DNA of 64,000 nt from NCBI GenBank assembly GCA_905178155.1, contig CAJINV010000001.1, forward strand, positions 1,305,767 through 1,369,766, written 5' to 3'. Below are positions 57,806 to 64,000 of the stretch, in pieces (the stretch's first letter is position 1; the number at the start of each line of letters is the position of its first letter). A program made the position numbers and the translations under genes. This DNA comes from Amoebophrya sp. A120 (Eukaryota; Protista; Dinoflagellata). The notes beneath the pieces were generated by a model, which saw only the letters and a list, made by a program, of their open reading frames with translations, ran no database searches and was not told the origin of the DNA.

Positions 57806-60800
57806 ATGCGAGTCAATAAAGCGAGAAGTTCTTTCTGCTCCGTGGTCCTGGTGGTGTCTGGTGGCGGAAATTTATTTTCCAACACAGGATGGTGCATAGT
57901 GAAGAACCTTGTGCACAGCAAGAAGCAGCAGCAAAACCAAAACCGCATCTTCGTGGTGGACCACGAGGCTGCTTTGTCGACAAGTCGTGACGCCGAAACG
58001 AGCGAAAATATCGTCCAGAAAAACGCGTCTACTCCAGAGTTGTCATGCAGATTTGCACTTACAGGAAAAATGGAGTGGAACGCCTGCAGTGCGCACCCCA
58101 TGAGAGGCATTTTTTCCATGTCGTTATCGTCTAGTTTCAGCATTTGTAAATAAAATACCGGAAGTGAAGTCTTCACTGTGAAGAGCAAGTGGATATATAT
58201 AGGATTTATGATAAAAATAAAATATGGCTTTGTGAAGATGCGTCTGTCCCTGCCAAACTGCACTGCAATACAGAATACACAGGAATAAACCGCCCCGCGT
58301 GAGGACAACTCCCAAAACTTCTGTTGCTGAATTTCCAACTCAACTCTGGGGTGCGAGCGACGTAGTTCTTACACAGGATAGAAAGTAACGCGGATCAAGT
58401 ACTAGAAGACGCGTTTTCTCCAGCAGCGAGTGAATTGGAGCAACAAGCTATCCAAGAAAAAAATATTGTAGGTGTAACTTTTTTGGAGGAACAGCATTAC
58501 AAATTTGTCTGGCATGACAGCAAAAACGTGTCATGCGCAAATAGTACGTGAAAACGCCCTTTCATGGGCCCTACGATGCATGCCAAGCATGACAGACGCA
58601 ATTATCTTGCATGTTGCGCATCACAAATTTACACCAACAGCGTTTTTTTCTTGGATGCAAGCTGTCGGCGAGCAAGGACAGGTGGTGCCGGCCACGTTCG
58701 ACGAGACAAAACAATGGATGCAGTACAACTACTACAAACAGTATCTTCCCGTCGAGGAAAATTATCCGCAAGACTTCTACTCTGCAAGAAGACCAACCAC
58801 GGCGGAGCTACTCGACTTCTTATGCATTGCAAATAAACGAAATAATCGCCATCTTCGTACTAAAAGTATTGCATTTTAAGTACAGACATACAATCTTTTA
58901 CTTTTTTAGCAGGAAAAACAAAACTTGTAAATGAATGCGGACTTGTTCTTACCTTAGGAAGCAATGGATACCTACGTCATTATCATGCAGAGCTGCAATT
59001 AGTACGACGAGTGCGATTTGCTTTTGCAGTGGATGCGTCTCCTGTAGCGGCAATGTCACCGACATCTCCACCCCGTCCTTCGTCGTTCCCCCGTGGAAAA
59101 TACTGGTCCAGCACAGTTTGAGGCTGCAAGGGCTGGTGGACAATCTGGATGCGTTCGTCCACACGGAGATCGGAAAAAGTAACCTGGACCAGCAAAGCGA
59201 GACGCTGGCGTTGTTACTTCCGGAGAGATGGGGCCTGACCGCGTACGATGCCGATCTAGCGCTGCGCACGCGACGAGTGACCGGGCGCTGGGCCCCTTTT
59301 TTGAAAAACCTTTACTGCCCACCTGGTCGGTTGCAAGCGTTCCAAGACCGCGATCGCAATCAGGACTTGTTGCTGGACAAGGCGGAGCAGGTCGAGTGGG
59401 GGTGCCCCGTTTCGGCGGACACCAACAAGGATGGGTTTCTGGACGGTATCGAATGGGGGCAGCACTGCGACTATCAAATGTAAAAATGTCTGGGTCTGGA
59501 AGAATGCAACTTGTCATGCTGTCTCTGCATTCTAAAAAAATCTGTATTGCACGACCAGCAAGAAGGGTCCAGTTTGTGCTACATGGAGAGGGTATTTCTC
59601 ATGCGGGATAGGCATCAGAAAGCCCGCTAAAAATCTGTGATGCCAGGCGATGCATTACAGACGTCATATGTCATGTAAAATCTGCATGACAAGTCTGGCA
59701 CTCTTCCAGACCCAGACATTTTTACATTTGATAGCGACCGGGAAAACGAAATAAAGGGAAGTGGGCCAGCGAAGGACCACGACGTTGCTGCAATAGAGAA
59801 CAAAAAACAGCCACCCCAAACAACAAGCACCTGCCAACATAAAGAGCGCGCATCCTCCTCCGACGACACCCACCATCCTCCTCCCGGACCTTCCTTCCAT
59901 CCTCCTCCCCGGCCTTTCCTCCTCCCGCCGGAACCTTCCATCCTCCTCCCGGCCCTCCCATCCTCCTCCCGGACCACCCATCCTCCTCCCCGGCCTTTGG
60001 TCCTCCCTCCGGAACCTTCCAGCCTCCTCCCGGATCCCCCATCCTCCTCCCCGGCCTTTGGTCCTCCCGTCGGAGACTTCCATCCTTCTCCCGGACCTCC
60101 CAGCCTCCTCCGGGGCCCTCGCTCAATCCTCCTCCGAGGCCGCTCATCCTCCTCCCCACCCACCCTTCCATCCTTCTCGGGGACCTTCCATCTATCTTCC
60201 TCCCGGGCCTTCCTTCCTCCTCCGGGACCCCCTTCCTCCTCCCAGACCTGCGATCCTCCTCCGCTGCCTTCCATCCTCCTCCGGGGCCTTCCATCCTCCT
60301 CCCGGACCTCCTATCCTCCTCCGGGTCCGTCCATCCTTCTCTCGGGCCTCCCATCCTCTTCCGGGGCCTCCCATCCTCCTCCCCGGGGCCTTCCATCCTC
60401 CCCGGGGCGGGCACACGCGGGGGAGGTCGGAGGGGGGGCTGGAGGAGGAGGCCGGAGGACAGGAGGGGGAGGTCGGAGGACAGGAGGAAGAGGTCGGAGG
60501 ACAGGAGGAGGAGGTCGGAGGACAGGAGGAGGAGGGCGGAGGACAGGAGGAGGAGGTCGGAGGACAGGAGGAGGAGGTCGGAGGACAGGAGGAGGAGGTC
60601 GGAGGACAGGAGGAGAAGGTCGGAGGACAGGAGGAGGAGGCTGGAGGACAGGAGGAGGAGGTCGGAGGACAGGAGGTGGAGGTCGGGGGACGAAAGGAGG
60701 GAGCTCGGAGGGCCGGGCCAGGAGGTCAGAGGACGGGGCCAGGAGGTCGGAGGACCGGGCCAGGAGGTCGGAGTGGGGCCGCCGGGCGGCTCCGGTCCTG

Positions 60801-63800
60801 AAGTGGGGCCTCAGGCGGGCGCCTTGCGCAACCGCTAGACCTTCCCGGCAGTGCTGCGTCCGGGTTGGCTGCTCCCCCATGCGAAGCAATATAATGCCCA
60901 CGCCACACTACGCCCACACGACAGGCGCCAAAGGCGCACTTGGGGCTTGCGGTGGTTAACCACGGTGGGACGTTCCCGCTCTCGCCTGATAGTTGTTGGC
61001 TTCATTGCTTTTGTCTCGCTTTTTCCTGTAGTTGTTTCTGTTGGCAGTTGCTATCTAGTGGGGCTGTGTTCTCGGTGTTCGATTGCTAGTAAAGGGAAGT
61101 GGGCCAGCGAAGGACCACGACGTTGCTGCAACTACTCACCAGAAGGAAATTGTAGCAGATACTTCGCGAATTTAAGCAGATCCAAAAGTTGCCGCTTTTT
61201 ATCATTTTATTTGGCATTGTGAGGACGAAGGTCAAGCCTTGGTCGTCAAGGTAGCAGGTCCAGGTGGCACTCCCCATGACGTCCTGGCTGCATGCTGGAG
61301 AAGCTTACCGCTGAATCCGCTTGCGCGAGGGTTACGCACTCGCTTGGGCCGATAGGGATATTAGAGAGGGCGACTGAGAAGGGCGGTCGGCCCCTCCAGC
61401 CAACAAAATTCGGCATTGCTGCCCCAGTTGCCCTCTGACCTGCTTCTAGTATTTTTGTTGGAGCAGGCGCATTCTTTAGCCTCACCATGATGGTGCTCCA
61501 TCTTCATTTTTGCGCTATGCAGCCTCACCTCGTGCGCCTGCGTTGCCTTGCCCCTGTTTTACGATGTGGCGTCGCGTTTTCAGTCTTTACGGCACATTCG
61601 TAGAGGCACACGCGGCCGCTCGGAAGCAAAGCAGCCCGCCGCGACGTTTTTACTCGCGCGCGCCAAAGGTTTCGGCGCAGGGGTGTTGCGCGTTTCATAG
61701 GGTGGCCGGGAATAAAAAAAAAACAGCTGGCGGCCGCGGCGCGGAGCCACTGCACGAGACGCGGCGCCACTTCGCGAAAGCATTAAAAGCGAACAAATGT
61801 TCCGCGCGCAGGTCGCGGAAACAATTCGCAAAGCCAATAAGTTAGGCCCTCCGTGTGGAGGGTTGAGTGAAACTGTCGTGCTTCGTTGGACAGGAAAGCT
61901 CGGCTTCTTCTTGCGTCGCTAGCGGCCCACAAAGAAACCGGCCCCTCCGCCCGGAGGGGGCGGCTTCTTTAGGACCCGGAGGTTCCGAAAGTGCCAACTT
62001 TCGTTGTTTTCTGGGTAAAAGGTAGCGGTCCGGCTATCAAACAAACCGCCCCCTCCGCGCGGAGGGGTCTGTTTCTTTCTGGGCCGCCAGCGGCGGGCGA
62101 AGAAACCGAAAATAAGAAATCGACCCCTCCGCGCGGAGGGGTCGATTTCTTATTTTCGGCGCGCGCCGAAGAATTTGATTGAGGCGCGCCACGTTTCGCC
62201 CTACATTTTTTCGTTGTGTTGTTTCTGGAAAATCAAAACTCATGGTCACGCGGCAACTTTTTGCCCCTGGCGGTGTAGGGGTCGACCTTCGTTGGATGGA
62301 GTTAACTCTGCAGTAGTGGCGCCCGGTTTTCTTACAAGCAGCCGGCCGCCTTGTGCGATGGATCGGCGACGCACTCTCCCCTGCCCTCGCCAAGGCAGCC
62401 GCAGCTTCTCTGGCGCCGGGCAATCTGCTTAAATTATTGAAGTATCTGCTTCTACTACCTGATACACAGGGGAAGTGGGCCAGCGAAGGACCACGACGTT
62501 GCTGCAACTATACCGGGAAGTTCTATTGCAAATAAGCGGCAATGCCGCAAAGTCCTGCGAAATCCATGCNAGTGGGCCAGCGAAGGACCACGACGTTGCT
62601 GCAACTATACCGGGAAGTTCTATTGCAAATAAGCGGCAATGCCGCAAAGTCCTGCGAAATCCATGCCCCGCGAACTTGCGCCTCTGTTGGCCTGGGACAG
62701 AGCGGAAAATATTTACTACAAAGGGCCGCCGCAGCACTGTGAGTGCATTTGGGGAGCAGGGCCTCGGTATTTGGAGAGGAGAAGTCCTTTCCTTTGTAAG
62801 CTGACCGCCTTTCACTACGCACCATAGCCAAAAGCTGGCAGCTGCAAAGTCGAAACCGCTCGCGAAAGCGCTGCGAAAGAGGCAAGACCAAGAAAGGCCA
62901 CAAGTAAGTAGGAAAGGCCATGGGCCACCCCAGTAGCCCTGCCAAGCAAGAGGCTGCGCCCGTCGCAACGTCCTTCCGCCAACGAGTTTCCGGACCGGGC
63001 TACCTAGCGGCCGCCGTGTCGCCCTAGCTTTATTTCGGCCGTTTTAGGTGCATGGGAGTCCTACACTATTTTTTTAAAACTGTCCTTGTCCTACACTCAG
63101 GGATCCTACTTATACTCACGGCTCGAGACCTTAGACCCAGCCTCTCCTGCGCTCCGGCGCGCGTGTTGTCGCACACGCGCTGCGTGACAGGGCGACGCGG
63201 TGGGCCGGGGGCTGGCGCGACGTTCCGTTGCATGTCGAACACGCGCTGCGTGACACGGCGAGGCGGTCGCTGGCCCGGGATGGGGGCGACGTTCCGTTGC
63301 ATATCTTGGATTCTAGATTTAAATAAAAACAACCTATTCCGGGGGGGAGGTTGTTTTTATGTGTGGAGAAATTTAGAATCACGGCCACAGTGCAAGATCC
63401 TGAATTTCGTCGCACATAAAAACGACCTATGCCCGGGAATAGGTTGATCTTTTGCAAATCTAGAATCCAGGATATGGGAGAGGTTGATTTGATTGCTCCG
63501 AAATTTTCGCAGACACAGAGTCAACCTTTTGGAAGCAGAGGTTGATTTTATGGTCGCGAAATTTCCGGAGGCATAGAATCGACCTCCTGGAAGCAGAGGC
63601 TGATTCTATGGCCACGAAGTTTTATTTTCTACAGCCATTGGCTGGAGAAGACGCGGCCCAAAATGCGCATGCTTTGCCAATTTTAGTTCAGGCCCTATGC
63701 CAGATTAAGGAAGCGCAATGGACGAGACCGGGATTTCCGCAAAGAAAGCAGGATTGCCGCTTATTTCAGTATAGAGAGTGGGCCAGCGAAGGACCACGAC

Positions 63801-64000
63801 GTTGCTGCAACTATACCGGGAAGTTCTATTGCTTCACAGGCTACACCAAATACCACTGCTACACGCGGGAGCCGTCGTGATTATGATGTGAACTACGACG
63901 AGAACACCGACAGCGGTTTATCCTGAAGAAAAACATGCCCACCCCATAGGTGTCATGCAAATCCGCAAGCCTAAAATCAAATGTCTCTCATGATGATGAT
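57806..64000 (+). CDS. 3'-truncated multi-exon gene with an EF-hand motif, interrupted by introners and three long-duplication inserts
   Basis: In-frame joins across 58009, 58449, 58821 and 59472; canonical EF-hand loop DTNKDGFLDGIE; reading continues CDRENEIKGSGPAKDHDVAATIPGSSIASQATPNT.. when the inserts at 59794-63776 are removed. Confidence 0.65.
58009..58380. mobile_element. Introner family C (degenerate, enlarged)
   Basis: TATCG..CCAGAGTTGTCATGC...AACTCTGGGGTG..CAGGATA; TSD GAAAA/GAAAG. Confidence 0.8.
58449..58657. mobile_element. Introner family J
   Basis: TATCCAAGAAAAAAA...TTTTTTTCTTGGATG; TSD CAAGC. Confidence 0.88.
58821..59035. mobile_element. Introner family E (degenerate)
   Basis: TATGCATTGCAAA...TTTTGCAGTGGATG; TSD CTTCT/CGTCT. 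Confidence 0.8.
59472..59733. mobile_element. Introner family A
   Basis: Perfect family A TIR; TSD GCGAC. Confidence 0.93.
59794..61089. mobile_element. 1296-bp foldback-like insert flanked by a 42-bp exact direct repeat
   Basis: 59752-59793 = 61090-61131; imperfect inverted ends; CCTCCT tract followed by GGAGGA tract. Confidence 0.8.
60455..60690 (+). repeat. 21-bp minisatellite GGAGGACAGGAGGAGGAGGTC (~11 units)
   Basis: Directly visible tandem repeat. Confidence 0.9.
61135..62469. mobile_element. 1335-bp insert flanked by a 41-bp exact direct repeat
   Basis: 61094-61134 = 62470-62510; 28-bp subterminal inverted repeat (61154-61181 / 62423-62450, 25/28 match), each 19 nt from an end. Confidence 0.82.
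62627..63776. mobile_element. 1150-bp insert flanked by a 56-bp exact direct repeat
   Basis: 62571-62626 = 63777-63832; inverted repeat AAATAAGCGGCAAT at 62627-62640 / 63753-63766; internal foldback at about 63300-63476. Confidence 0.78.
63919..64000. mobile_element. Left part of a family C-like introner, truncated by the window edge
   Basis: TATCCTGAAGAAAAACATGCCCACCCC..TGTCATGCAAAT. Confidence 0.7.

Noticed and set aside
119-59611. Many short ORFs sharing peptides such as [24 protein letters not shown] and AKMSGSGR
   Set aside because: These are translations of the family A TIR in different frames, not a protein family.
59627-60959. Gly/Glu/Pro/Arg-rich ORFs of 139-320 aa on both strands
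   Set aside because: Products of stop-free minisatellite sequence inside an insert.
62474-62666. Apparent extra copy of the array 2 repeat (96-bp tandem duplication)
   Set aside because: 62474-62569 and 62571-62666 are identical and separated by a single N, which is typical of an unmerged contig overlap; not counted as biological.
45910-63832. CRISPR array call for the two repeat/insert arrays
   Set aside because: The repeats are host exon sequence of unequal length, the intervening segments are 0.6-1.3 kb, there are no cas genes, and the context is eukaryotic.

Overview
Eukaryotic genomic DNA, most likely from the parasitic dinoflagellate Amoebophrya (Syndiniales). This is inferred from the invasive inverted-repeat introns, a dinoflagellate spliced-leader fragment and co-oriented genes. 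I can assemble ten intron-rich genes, all on the + strand. MCM2, GAS8/DRC4 and RPA2 are recognisable; the others are a SHIPPO-repeat-like protein, an ankyrin-repeat protein, a C2-domain protein, an EF-hand protein and three unknowns. About 48 MITE-like introner elements (mostly 150-370 bp, about 10 TIR families) interrupt the genes. Nearly all run TAT...ATA with a 5-bp target duplication, and removing an exonic element plus one duplication restores the reading frame. A second layer looks less familiar: 0.6-1.3 kb non-coding, mostly palindrome-rich inserts flanked by very long (38-60 bp) direct duplications of the target. They are stacked three deep at single exonic sites (45.9-49.2 kb and 59.8-63.8 kb), with one solitary copy at 24.7-25.5 kb. 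MCM2 also contains an introner expanded to 4.5 kb by two nested insertions with 15- and 18-bp TSDs, one starting with the 3' end of the spliced leader. All coordinates were read by hand.
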